From: Macrostomum lignano
Lineage: Eukaryota
Length of the DNA stretch: 64,000 bases
NCBI GenBank assembly: GCA_002269645.1
Contig: NIVC01002485.1
Span: 1 to 64,000, forward strand
Direction of reading: 5' to 3'
In this document: positions 24,185-36,815 of the stretch, one piece after another
Layout: every line of letters begins with the position of its first letter
Position numbering within the stretch: position 1 is the first letter of the stretch
Position numbers and translations under genes: made by a program
The notes under the pieces: model-generated
The model's database searches: none
The model's input: the letters and a program-made list of their open reading frames with translations, nothing else
Told to the model about the DNA's origin: nothing

Positions 24185-27100
24185 TCAGCAGGGAGCTGTC
24201 GTATTCCCAGCTGCAGTGCTGTACAGTTTTATCCTGGGGAAGCTGGTTAAAAGGTTGAACTTTGGACCTCGCCGCGACGCACCGAAGCCGTAGCCCAGGT
24301 GCAGGTACATGTGCAGCCCGACTGTCCGGTTGTCATGGAGACTGTGCCGCCAGTTGGTTAGCGCTAGACTGGCGCAGGCCATCCGGCGCAGGTCGCGGCC
24401 TCGGTGCGTGTCCGGCCGGTCGATATCGAAGCCGGACAGTTCGGCCGCCAGCTTGTGCCGCTCCGTCTCGCTTGGAGTCCGGGAGCCGACTGCGGGGAAG
24501 GTGTTGGGAAATTCTGCAAATTATTCGTCGAATTGAATACCTTCGTCTTAAGAGTGGGGAAATGACAGAAGTAAAGTTAAAAAATTTCTTGGGCAATACG
24601 CAGACATTACGATTAGTTCATTAAAAAGATCAGCATCCCATCCGGTAGGGCGTCTGCAGCATTAGCAGCAGCATCTCCTGCATAAGCTGCATGTGTGCAG
24701 TATGTCTCGGCGCGGTTGATGTGTCGTCCCAGATCCAGTCGCCAATACCGCGTTGGAAATTCTCTCGTCGCCTAGTTTGAAGCGCACCGCGTCAACATGA
24801 TAATCGAACGAGTTTAGCTGCCGTTGTGTCCAAATCTGGGAGCGTTGTAAAGCAGCGATCGCCCTCTGGCGACCGCAGGACCGCTCTGTCAGTAGGAACA
24901 AGCTAGGCAGCCCGGCCAGGCAAGTCCGCGGCCGACGAAGCCGCAGATCCTCGCGGACGTCGGTGAACCAGACAAAAGTCTGCACAATGACTAGTGTCTG
25001 CCCAGATGCTATGACTGAGACAGTAGCTTGTAGTACATGTATCTTTATGAATGTATCTAAATCAGTTCTTGTCAAAAATGGCCTTCAAGACAATTTACAC
25101 CGTTCTACGAGTGCAGCTAGCGTCCCGTCCTTTGGTAGTCCTTGAGTCTGCATTGCATTCAAGAGACAGTTTTACAAACTGCTCCTTTCCAAAGACCTGA
25201 ACGGTGTAAGACATGCGCAGGTCATGGATGAATAGCATAATTGGATCCCGAAAAAGCTGTAATAGTATTCTTTGTTCCAACCTTAGACAGTGCCTACATC
25301 AACCGTTGGGTCGCAAAAATGCCCGATGCTAAAGTACAAACTGAAGCTTTAGCCACGCAGCGGCTGAATCAGGTACGCTTATGCTTGTCGTCTACGATTG
25401 GGACAAATTAAGAAGCCGAACTTTGGCGATCCAGTTATGCGCGAGTTCATGATTTCTTTGGTATCTATTCACCCATGGCGCAGGTGCGCAACACCCTGCA
25501 GATTTGCCAGTAGAATATCACGCCACATCGACAAAACCGATTTTTGTAAAATCTCAATTTAAAACGAGCCAAATCACTCACACTCGGGCGGGTACTTCTT
25601 GCATGGCGACCATAGGCCAGGGTTGCTTTGATCAACACTGCCGGAGAACACCTGCGAGGGCAGCACCTTTACGGCCGATGCTTGCTTTGCCTGCTGCGAG
25701 CTCAGCCAGTTGTAGTAGATGCCTGTTAGGGCCTTCGGACCCGTAGTCCATAGCGGAATGTGTCCGTGCATGTTCTTCAGCTTTTCCAGGACGTATTTAA
25801 AGAACGGATGCCCGGGCGCGGATCCCATGGCGGAGTTCATCATCAGCAGCGGCATGCCGAACAGGTTGATTGACTGCTCCCAGCGTTCCCGGTCAACAAA
25901 TGCTGCGTAGCTTTTTAGCCTGGGAAACAGCGGTTGAAGGCACTTCACGTCCATGTCCAGATACACGCCTGGAGGAGTTTGAACTCGTGAAATTAGATAG
26001 AGATCCATTATTGATCAGTGAGGAACAAGCAAGTACACTACTGGGTTAAAGTCTTATCCTAATTTTTGGAGGTTGCTAGCCGAGTGCAACTAAGTGCTAA
26101 ATCTTTTATAGCTTGCGCAAAACGGCTAAGCACTGATTGTTATATAGAAATTCCAACTTGTGCGTCAAGTCAGAACTCAAAAACTGCTTTAGGCCTACAG
26201 TACCTAGCATTTTCTTGATACCTTACTTACAGTAAAAATAGCTGACTATTGCATGCATAAAACTAATTATAACAAACTTTTATTCAATGCTCTACTAGTA
26301 GTATAAATAGTCGTATCAAGAAAATACGTTAGCAGTAAAATCTGAAAAGTCCTGATGAAAACGGTACCCAGGCCAAGAGGCGTCCCTTGCGTCGCCCCAG
26401 AGTCGTTTTAAAGTCGTTACAGGTAACCCAGGTAAAATAGGAACGTTGACTCTAGACGAGTCTAAAATGACGAGATGTTGCTAAGAAAGTAGCCTAAGAG
26501 TCAATTTAAGCGTTTTATTGTCTGCAAGTCTGAAAAAGACTCGTATTTTAGACGTGCTGGAGTCGCTGTAGCATCACTGAGTTGCGTCTAAAGCGCACCT
26601 GCGCCACTTTATGAATTAGAATCGCATTTTGCATTTATGACAACTCTATTCAGTCTACTTGGGTTAGTAGAAAGTTAAGCGCTAACCCAACGACTTTTCG
26701 CGACTCTTGCGATCATGCAACTCACTTGAGGTGCTCGTGACTAAACAGTCGCCTCTCCGTCGCATTACAGTTGTTTGAATCGTTAAAGAGTCACAAGAGT
26801 GGCCCCAGACTCCCTAGAGTAACAAGTGAGTTGTTTGCAATCACTCTTTAGCGATTCTGGTCACGGTAACGTTTTCTAAACGGGAATTTGTTTACAATGA
26901 GACTGACACTTTTGAAAAACATTTGACAAATCCGCCCCCACCGCCCCAGACTCACCGCCGAATCGATGCAGCACAGCGTACCGAATGGCGTCAGACTTTT
27001 GCAAGTCGCCTCGATAGCTGGCAAACTTGGCCGCAAAGTCAGGATAGTGATCCTTAATTAGGCGCTCCGCGTCGGCGTCCCGCCACAGGTAGACCTGCCA

Positions 27101-28362
27101 GTCGGGATTCAGCGCCAGGCAATCGCTTACAAATTCCTTGTAGTTTGAGTACGCATGCTCGCTGGAGAAAGTGTAGTGCAGTGTGCGCGGAATGGGGCCG
27201 CAGTCTGAGGAGCTGCCTCCCGAACTGTTCCTTGGTTCAACTGCTGTCAGGCTTCCATTCTTGCGTTGGATATGAAATTGCTGAAATTATATATTTCTGG
27301 ATTTGCGTTCACACTCGTTTTAGTGACCTCATTCTAGAGAGGTAGATTCTTGTAAAGTAAGCAAAGAGGACCACGGTATAGCGCTGTGAGAGGACTTGGC
27401 ACTTCAGAATTCAGTCTTTCTCCGAAGATAGACTTTGATAGACTTTGAACTAGAACAGGGTTTGGCAAACATTTTTGCTTCAAGCCCAGGTAGAGAATCT
27501 AGAACATGACTGTGGGCCGGAAACACAAGGGAAAGAGAGAGGGAGTAGAGAAGAGAGAACAGGGAATAAAGGAAATGAGAGAGAAGATTAGAGAGATTGA
27601 GAAGAGAGCTGAGAATAGACACAAACCTTCAGCGGACCGGATTGCTACTGTGAAGTTTCAAAGGACCCGAGGGCCGGATAGAGAGGCTTCTGGGGCTGCA
27701 TGTGGCCCGCGGGCGGGTCGGAGTTGGCCGTCTCCTGAACTAGAACATCTGTTCAGAGAAAAACTTGCATCGAAAAATACCTTAGAGACATATAGGAACA
27801 GCTTTTCTTTCGTCCTGTTCTACAGACATAAGTTGACATAACATCCTAGTTGTTTATGCTAATAATAATAATAATTGCCTACACCTGCCCTAATGGCCTG
27901 ATGTGCAACCGACAGCTCAGCCGCAGCTATTGTGCGGTGCATCTGAAGGCTGCGTACGGCTGTTCAGTCCAAGGACTGGGGGGTCGCCACACACACCCTC
28001 AATTACCCCAGCTAATGCTGGCACCCATTTTACAGCTGGGTGAGCTGAAGTAGTTCAGAGTCAAGTGTCTTGCTCAAGGACACAAATTGTTCCGAGTGGG
28101 TCGAGAATCGAACCCGTGACCTCTCAGTCATGAGTCCGACGTTCTAACCACTAGGCTACAGCCCCTTAGCTTATGCTGGTATCATCACTTGGCTGAGGCG
28201 TTAGACTTAGAGAAGATTTTCGATAACCTATACCTCTTGTAATCCATAATTGACACCTTAAGATGAAATTGTGAGTTCACTTACCTGATTGAGCCCTGAA
28301 AATACTATGATCCCAAGCAGTACACATATAGAGAGGAAGCGTAGAAGTCGTTCTTGGAGCAT
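24185..28362 (-). CDS. Glycosyltransferase family 32 (DXD sugar-binding; SUR1/CSH1/Och1-like), type II membrane protein, 4 coding exons, 364 aa
   Basis: Exons 28362-28285 (MLQERLLRFLSICVLLGIIVFSGLNQ, signal anchor), 27280-26956 (IPRTLHYTF..LNPDWQVYLWRD..KSDAIRYAVLHRFG), 25968-25582 (GVYLDMD..NSAMGSAPGHPFF..TGPKALT), 24489-24185. All GT-AG, phases 0/1/1, total 1095 nt. Confidence 0.9.
24700..24970 (-). mobile_element. Degenerate non-LTR retrotransposon (LINE ORF2 post-RT region) fragment in GT32 intron 3
   Basis: Translation DVREDLRLRR...RQR...ERISNAVL resembles the region following the RT YLG motif; it complements the fragment at 35565-35740. From recollection only. Confidence 0.45.
27456..27737. 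mobile_element. hAT (Charlie-like) MITE, 282 bp, GT32 intron 1
   Basis: 8-bp TSD AACTAGAA at 27448-27455 and 27738-27745; ends CAGGGTTTGGCAAAC / GTTGGCCGTCTCCTG; subterminal GGCCCGCGGG. Confidence 0.88.
27860..28165 (-). mobile_element. tRNA-derived SINE (~305 bp), GT32 intron 1
   Basis: Minus strand reads GGGGCTGTAGCCTAGTGG (A box)...GGTTCGATTC (B box), then TGTGTCCTTGAGCAAGACACTT (CORE/Meta/V-SINE-like central motif), ending in an (ATT)5 tail. Confidence 0.85.
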
Positions 28363-28464
28363 TCGCGTAGACCAACAATAGTAGGATCAGTCTGAGTCAA
28401 ACTGCGGAAACGGATCGTGAATGCTGTGACCGACCAGCTGACTGACTGAATGCTTATCAGATTA

Positions 28465-30217
28465 AATACCCATCTCTACCAACCAGCCACCCAATCTACC
28501 TACTAATACCCATCTCTACCAACCAACCACCCAACCTACCTACTAATACCCATCTCTACCAACCAGCCACCCAATCTACCTAATACCCATCTCTACCAAC
28601 CAGCCACCCAACCTACCTAATACCCATCTCTACCAACCAGCCACCCAACCTACCTACTAATACCCATCTCTACCAACCAACCACCCAACCTACCTACTAA
28701 TACCCATCTCTACCAACCAACCACCCAATCTACCTAATACCCATCTCTACCAACCAACCACCCAACCTACCTAATACCCATCTCTACCAACCAGCCACCC
28801 AACCTACCTAATACCCATCTCTACCAACCAGCCACCCAACCTACCTACTAATACCCATCTCTACCAACCAACCACCCAATCTACCTACTAATACCCATCT
28901 CTACCAACCAGCCACCCAACCTACCTAATACCCATCTCTACCAACCAGCCACCCAACCTACCTAATACCCATCTCTACCAACCAGCCACCCAACCTACCT
29001 ACTAATACCCATCTCTACCAACCAGCCACCCTACCTACTAATACCCATCTCTACCAACCAGCCACCCAACCTACCTAATACCCATCTCTACCAACCAGCC
29101 ACCCAACCTACCTACTAATACCCATCTCTACCAACCAGCCACCCAACCTACCTACTAATACCCATCTCTACCAACCAACCACCCAATCTACCTACTAATA
29201 CCCATCTCTACCAACCAGCCACCCAATCTACCTAATACCCATCTCTACCAACCAGCCACCCAATCTACCTAATACCCATCTCTACCAACCAGCCACCCAA
29301 CCTACCTACTAATACCCATCTCTACCAACCAGCCACCCTACCTACTAATACCCATCTCTACCAACCAGCCACCCAATCTACCTAATACCCATCTCTACCA
29401 ACCAGCCACCCAATCTACCTAATACCCATCTCTACCAACCAACCACCCAACCTACCTAATACCCATCTCTACCAACCAGCCACCCAACCTACCTACTAAT
29501 ACCCATCTCTACCAACCAGCCACCCAATCTACCTACTAATACCCATCTCTACCAACCAGCCACCCAACCTACCTACTAATACCCATCTCTACCAACCAGC
29601 CACCCAATCTACCTAATACCCATCTCTACCAACCAGCCACCCAATCTACCTAATACCCATCTCTACCAACCAACCACCCAACCTACCTAATACCCATCTC
29701 TACCAACCAACCACCCAACCTACCTAATACCCATCTCTACCAACCAGCCACCCAACCTACCTACTAATACCCATCTCTACCAACCAGCCACCCAATCTAC
29801 CTACTAATACCCATCTCTACCAACCAGCCACCCAATCTACCTACTAATACCCATCTCTACCAACCAGCCACCCAACCTACCTACTAATACCCATCTCTAC
29901 CAACCAGCCACCCAATCTACCTAATACCCATCTCTACCAACCAGCCACCCAATCTACCTAATACCCATCTCTACCAACCAACCACCCAACCTACCTAATA
30001 CCCATCTCTACCAACCAGCCACCCAACCTACCTACTAATACCCATCTCTACCAACCAACCACCCAACCTACCTAATACCCATCTCTACCAACCAACCACC
30101 CAACCTACCTAATACCCATCTCTACCAACCAACCACCCAACCTACCTAATACCCATCTCTACCAACCAGCCACCCAATCTACCTAATACCCATCTCTATC
30201 AACCAACCACCCAATCT
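28465..30217. repeat. Minisatellite, 37/40 bp TAATACCCATCTCTACCAACCAGCCACCCAA(C/T)CTACC(TAC), upstream of the GT32 5' acceptor
   Basis: About 46 copies with strong C/A strand skew; acceptor TTTCCGCAG at 28402 (minus strand) and a possible donor near 30340 bracket it. Confidence 0.96.
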
Positions 30218-32429
30218 GCATAAATGCCAACCAAGCTAGCAACCAACAAGGCTGAATACTTATACGAGCTAAGTGCCTATCAAAACCAAATTAACAAACA
30301 AGCTGCCTTACCAACTGATTTGGCTCTCTGACTCACTTACGACCTTTTCAAGACGTAAATTTTTACATTTCTTTTCATTTCTGTAGTCTCTTTTCTATTA
30401 TTTCCAAGTACGCTTCTAACATTTGGCCGCCATGAATAAAAGCAATATGCGGGCAAGTCCTTCTCGGGTTGGCTTGGACCCCTGCTTTATTGACTCTGCC
30501 CTTTTCGCGAGCCCCCCCCCCCCAACCTCCAGACTGGGCAGTCGAAATTCTGGCTGGCACGCCTGCCCACTTTTACGTGTAAATTGTACAATTCACTCTT
30601 GATATGTGCAAAGGGACAGAAAAATAGTGAAAATAGTATCAGACACCATTGACTGCCAAGCCGGAGTTCTCTTTTCGAAAAGAACCGAAAGAGCTGCATG
30701 TAGATGCAAATAGCGCATTCTTTACCAGGACTGCTCTAGTAGAAGGACGGGAAAGTAGGTATCTTGGAACATTTTAGGAGGCAGGCTTGACCGCGAAAAA
30801 ATACACGAGGAGAATGGATGATAGTTTTCATTTTTCAGCACAAAAATTGTCATTGCCTTTGGTAGCTCGTGCAAGGGAAACACAGTGTTCATCTTTTGAT
30901 GTGTCTTGCCTTTCTTATACTCGTATAGAGCTCTGGATATGTAGTATCCCACGAATGCAAGGAGAGGAGAATATTGACTAGATTCGCGGGGATTATGAGT
31001 ATTCTCCGCTTCCTGTATTCGCGGAACACGTTTTGTCTATGGTAGAAGAAAGTGTTCAATCAACCTCACTCTGGCTCACGGCGTTAATTTTTTGTCTATG
31101 GCAGCGGAGGTTACTTATTGAGAATCTCCGCTAGCAAAGCACCAGCGACATAGACAAGGCGTACAGGCCAAGTGGGATACATTTCAATAATCTTACTGAA
31201 ACTCGGAGAATGTCTATGCACAATCTCCGAGGCAAATATTCAAAAGGCGGGATTTGTTTGATTATAGAGGCAAATTTCCCAACAATTATATAATACTTTG
31301 CATTGACACTTACCTGTCTGAGGACCTTGATTGATGTTGACTTCAACTAGGGGGTTGGCTATAGGTAGCGGAAATTTCTTGTCAGGTTTGGGCGACTCAA
31401 AATCTCCTGGGATGTGGCTTATTGATAACCCGAGAAAGAAATTCGCCTCTCCGCATCCTCGCCCCACTCACTTCGATTCTTTCTCCTCTCATATATAGCC
31501 TGCCTCAACTTTCTCATTCGCCAGTAGGTAACGCGGCTTGTGGAAGAAAATTTTGTCCAGCGGTGCACAAATGTACGCGGTTAGGATTTGCTTTCAATTC
31601 CTGGTGCCTATAAGCGTCACATCCCTGCTTTTTAGTTTCCAGCTTGCTACTATACATAGTACGCGCAGCTCACCTGCATTTCTAACCCGTCTACTCCCTT
31701 CCCCCGTCACAGCTAGCTTGCACTGCCACCGTCTCATTTGATGCACAAGCCGCGTGCAGAATGCCAGCTCCTGAACTGCCTTGGCTTTGGGTTGCATGGG
31801 GCCGTGCGGGCAACACAGCATCCTGTGTTGACTGTTGAACTATAGGAGGTGGGGTTTTTGTGGGTATAGCTTAACCAAGGAGACCCAGGAACAGAACCTG
31901 GAGTAGCAGCTCATCCCCAAATCCCATTTTCAGACAGCTGTTATAGGCTGATTGATAGTTTTTGGCCGCTAGTTCACTCACAAAGTATATAGTCAGTATT
32001 GCGGTAGCCAGGGGGAATCTGTGGTATCGGCCGATGGCCCCCAAAGTTAAGACGCACCAATTTTTTACTTTCATAATTCAGTAAAGTGGTTGCACTTGTG
32101 CCAAGCGCAGATCGACTTGAGACTTCTATGGAAAAAGCCAGAAACAAGAGAGAAGATCGAGACACGAGAGACGCAGTCACACAGTAACAACAGGGAGCAC
32201 TTACAATATGCACAACATAGCACAGGTAGACCGGTACAAAACAGGTTAGTTAGACTAATCTTTTCACTTTGCTTGAATTGATCGAAGCATGAACTCTGGC
32301 ATGTTTGTGAATCTGTGAATTTGTGAATCGACTTCGAATCCAATGTATGCATGTTAATCTGTTGTTGAATTAACGAACGCAGAAACAAGATAGATAATTA
32401 TCCGGGCGCTCAGTGGCACCAAAGAGGGC

Positions 32430-32575
32430 TTGGCCAATAGGAGGGCGGCTCGATCGTATATTTTATGCACACGGGGAAGGAAAGTTCTAGAAAGACCGGG
32501 AGAGGAAACTTCTGGAACAATGCGTAAACAAGTCCTGCTGTGGAAGTTTCTAGAAACCCTGTCCCCGAACTTTCC
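32430..32575. promoter_or_regulatory. Promoter-like module: CCAAT box, GC box and three perfect heat-shock elements
   Basis: CCAAT 32434-32438; GGGCGG 32443-32448; GAAnnTTCnnGAA at 32480-32492, 32505-32517 and 32543-32555; partial GAAnnTTC at 32567-32574. Confidence 0.7.
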
Positions 32576-34167
32576 CTTCGCATTGCATGCCTTTGCAATA
32601 CACAACAGTATGATCATTATTTTAATTTTGAATATTATACTTCAGTGGTACATGCATGCAGTTTTAGATATAAGCTTGCACGTGTACTTAGTGTAACTTT
32701 ACGGACGAATTAAAAACAAGGAGTGCGTATAGTAGGTAATAGAAATAATAACAGAAATAACACCATCCACTGCTTTGCTAATTATTTTAACTTGTTAACT
32801 TTTAATAAATGGGTTGCTCCCAGCAGCTGACTGCTAACAGTCTAGGCTACAAGCGAGTTAAAATATTGACAATAACTTCAATAAGTCGATTGGATAAAGC
32901 TATCAGTGCATTGGAACTATTTTTTTGCAATAAAGGCCGTACGATTTCGTTATTAAAGCGCCTTAACAAATGTTTTTAATAAAAAAATAAAAGGCTGCGC
33001 ATTTAGCAATAACTTTTTGTTTTTACAGAAAAATTGCTTCATTTATATGCTGAAACAACTTAAAGTAAACATATATAAAACCTGTTCTTAATTTTTAACT
33101 GTATAGTTATAATTATCGGGGCCCGCCCATATAATTTGTATATCAAATACGCCAATTTTTCCTAGGGTTAGGCCAGCTCCCTAAGAGTATCATTAAAAAT
33201 AAAAATTGCCAAGCAGAAGTAAAATTTACTGGTTGTGTACTAGTATCTTGTCTAAGTGTCTTGTTCGAGTGAGACTTGAGTTAGTTCCGACAATTGCGAA
33301 ATATTACTTGAAATGTTGATTCAATTTTAAAATATTGTGGCTAGATAAGAATTTCAATATAAACCTGATTACCTATCGGGTTTGATACATTGAAGGCATA
33401 ATGTGGACTTTGATGTATTATTTACGAAAAAATAGTTTTATGCTATTATTTATGCAACTACAATTTGAATTTTTTAATTTAAATATACTATTTCTATATA
33501 CTATTGCCCCTCAAGCTGCTAATTATTATAAAAAAAGTTGAACCAAGTTTCAATTTATTCTATGTTCAAGTCTATATATCACTTTTGTGTAGAATTTTTT
33601 GTCAGATTAATAATAATTTGTCAATTTTTTGAAACATTCAACTTATTGATCATTAAATAAGGCTATCTAAAGAAAAACAGGAATGCACTTGTCTGCATTT
33701 AGAAAGAAAGTTTTACCAATTAAATTGGCTTTAAATAAAGTTAATAAAAGTAAAATCAAGCAAAATTAACTGGATTCTATATACTATAAAACTGCATCAT
33801 CTAAATAACTATTATAAGTATAAATGCAATCAAAATATTAATTTCACTCTTAACTTAAGCTAAGGCTATTAGGATCTATTGTGTTTTCTATAGGAATGAT
33901 ATAGCGGAAGGAAAATATATAGAAGTGGTATATGGCAGCTAAGTACATTCGCTGGCAGCTAAGTATTAGTAGTTGCAATTTGCCTCCTTATCCAAAATAA
34001 GCAAAGCTTCATCTTTTTAAGTCCTCTCATTATCTGCTCATTAACATTAATAAATAGTACAATTAACCATAGTTTTTAATTAATGTTTTTTCATTGATAC
34101 TTTATAACTATTCAATCATATTTATGCTACCAAATTCAAATTTGCAGCAAGCCTGCACTCAGACACA

Positions 34168-34497
34168 ATGGGCAAAATTCCCAATGGCGATGTTGAGAAG
34201 GGCAAGAAGATTTTCATCCAGCGCTGCCTGCAGTGCCACACTGTTGAGAAGGGCGGCGGCCACAAGACTGGGCCAAACCTGCATGGCCTGTTTGGCCGTA
34301 AAACTGGCCAAGCGGCCGGATTCTCCTACACGGACGCCAACAAGAGCAAGGGTATCACCTGGGGCGAGGAGACCCTCTTCGAGTACTTGCTGAATCCCAA
34401 GAAGTACATACCCGGCACAAAGATGGTGTTCGCCGGCCTCAAGAAGGAGCAGGAACGCGCCGATCTCATCGCCTATCTGAAGAGTTCCACCAAGTAA
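34168..34497 (+). CDS. CYCS: Cytochrome c, uninterrupted CDS, 109 aa
   Basis: CLQCH heme motif, [26 protein letters not shown]; short invertebrate-type N-terminal extension; acceptor TTTGCAG at 34147. Confidence 0.98.
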   Translation: MGKIPNGDVEKGKKIFIQRCLQCHTVEKGGGHKTGPNLHGLFGRKTGQAAGFSYTDANKSKGITWGEETLFEYLLNPKKYIPGTKMVFAGLKKEQERADLIAYLKSSTK

Positions 34498-35564
34498 ATC
34501 GGCTGAGCTAATGCCCTGATAGGCAAATTGGTTTCAAATTCTAGTTAATTTTGCTGCAGAGTATTAATAGATAATAAAAAATTACTGTCCTTCAGAAACT
34601 CGTGACTGTGCCCAGTGCTCACCGAAATTCGGTTTTTAGTCTCGTGTAATATCATCCTGCAAGTTCTCATTCAATCACAATTGGCCAACTGGACAACTAA
34701 AGCTATAGGATAGTATTGATATTAATAGTATTGCGAAACCTAAAAAATTCTCACTAAAATATTTCACTTTACTTACTTGCCACCGAGTCTTGGTCATCAG
34801 CTACCGATTTAAAAGCCTCTCTTGCCTAAAAGAGTCACAGAAGGTCGCTATATAAATTTTGCTACTAACCCTTTTTGTCTAATTTAACCAGCTGTTCATC
34901 TTGAAGGTTTACCGCGCCAACCTAGAAATAAACAAGAAAATGGCATCGAAACTGGGCATCAATTTGGTTTTCGCTACAGTTTTTTTCAGTCTTTGTTTGA
35001 ACCAAAAAATGATTGACTCTGGTTTTGTTTGATATTTTTAACTCAAATGCAAAAAATGCATTTCGGACACTTTGTAGCTTCGTATAGATTTTGCATAACT
35101 AAAATATCTAGATATTGTACTCCAAAAATGCGCTCATCTGCATGTACTCCTTTTTTAGTAGCAAAGCTAGCGTTTTTTGCCTTTTTAACATTAAAATAAA
35201 AATTAAGGCAGAAGAAGGAACAGAGGAATTAAGACAACACGAAGCCTGCAGACAGCACGAAATCAGTCTACTGCCCTCGCCAGGGAATGTGTCGAGAATA
35301 TTTGTGTTCGAAAAAAAAGGGCATTAATATATAAGGGCAAGGCAGGTTTCCCGTTTGATCGAAGTTTTTTTCGCTGCCAGGCAAAAATATGTACGAGTAT
35401 ACAAGCTATAATGCATGATCGTGCAAATTGTCTAAGAGGCGGCATTTGATGTCGTTGTGACTGACGACGAGCCTCAAATTGCTGTAAAAAAGCTATCGAG
35501 GCGGCTCTATACACTACATGTAGTTCAAACTATAGGCGACTGCATGGGAATCCACTGCGGCCGA

Positions 35565-35740
35565 TCATAAATCTTGTCGTGGAGAAGGACGCGGGCATCT
35601 GTAGTGGAAGAGCTGCGGTCTGGCGCCGTCAGTCAGGACCTCTGAGTGCAGCACCAACCAGACAGATTGAGAGGCAGCCTGGGCTTTCCCTAGCGCGAGC
35701 TCCTCTCGCCCACGTCCGGCACGAGGCCGCCGAGATAAAT
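35565..35740 (-). mobile_element. Degenerate LINE ORF2 fragment
   Basis: YLGGLVPDVGE in one frame, then A.AASQSVWLVLHSEVLTDGARPQLF in another, the pattern expected just after the RT YLG motif. Confidence 0.5.
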
Positions 35741-36066
35741 TAACTGACGGCTCCTCAGGAGCGGCTTCAGCTGTCAGCATGCTCGAGCAGAATCTCGGCA
35801 AGCGGATCGGATTGTTTGCGGCATCGTTTATTAGCACTTCGGTCTTACGTGCATGCGTTATGTGTAATTGTTTTCCTCCTACTTGTAGATACAGGTTCTA
35901 TGCGGCGAGGGATGGGGAAGTGCAGGTCCCAGCTAGACTAGGTCTCTGATCATGATGTACATATGTACATCCTACAGAGACTTATTTAGAAGTATTGTTA
36001 CTGCTATGACTATTTATTGGTGAATTCGGCTCACACTCTGATTCAGCTTTTATTCCATGCCTTGCG

Positions 36067-36124
36067 CAAGGACTTCTAGACTAGATCTAGAACTATAGTT
36101 CTAGACTAGGTCTAGAAGTCCTTG
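36067..36124. repeat. 58-bp near-perfect palindrome built of TCTAGA units
   Basis: CAAGGACTTCTAGAC...TCTAGAACTA|TAGTTCTAGA...GTCTAGAAGTCCTTG. Confidence 0.8.
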
Positions 36125-36504
36125 GCCCTGCGACCGGTGCACTCACTACTCCACATTTCGACTCATAGTGAAACAGACAGAAACAAAAGGAGTTGAATGA
36201 CTAATGCCCTGAATTACTGGCCCTTGGCCTTAACCGCTCGGTTAATTTATTAAAACACGGAATTCGTAAGTCAAGATTCAAAAATTAGGATATGATGAGA
36301 GCAATGGGAGACTGGGCTGACCATACCCAAGGGCAGCGCAACAGAGAAAGAAGGCTATATCTTTATATACATATACATTAAATGTATATGTATACCTTGT
36401 AATGTATATGTAATGTATGTACCTTTATATACATTAAATCTTCCATATGTTGATGGCACAGTTCGCCTGATTGGTTCTACAGTATATGAATCCATTTTAT
36501 CATT

Positions 36505-36815
36505 TTTGGGTCCATGAGAATTGCCCGCAGACAAATTGCCCGCCGAGATTTGCCCGCAGGAGATAATTGCCCGTTGAGATTTCCCCGCAGTGCATTTTGC
36601 CCGCGAGTTAATCGCCCGTCGAGCTTTCCCGCCGAGAATTGCCTGCCGAGATTTGCCCGCAGTGCAATTTGCCTGCGAGTGAATTGCCCACCGAGCTTTT
36701 TCTTGCCGAGGTTTGCCCGCAATGCTTTTTTTACTGCAGTGCATTTTGCCACGCCTCAGAGATCCTGTCTGCAGCCCCCCCCCCCGACGGGAAAGTCTCC
36801 TGCGGGCAAATCGTC
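36505..36815. repeat. Degenerate short-period array of (A/T)TTGCCCGC motifs, likely transposon subterminal repeats
   Basis: About 15 motif copies at ~15-16 bp spacing, ending with an inverted copy (GCGGGCAAAT at ~36801). Confidence 0.6.

Noticed and set aside
27161-27170. TTCTCCAG as a GT32 splice acceptor
   Set aside because: The frame stays open upstream through the family motif IPRTLHYTF to a better acceptor at 27281.
28090-28165. tRNA gene (CAT anticodon-like)
   Set aside because: Acceptor and anticodon stems do not pair, and the sequence continues into a SINE core and tail.
30220-33900. A heat-shock protein gene next to the HSE cluster
   Set aside because: No ORF or exon with Hsp70, Hsp90, DnaJ or alpha-crystallin motifs seen on either strand.
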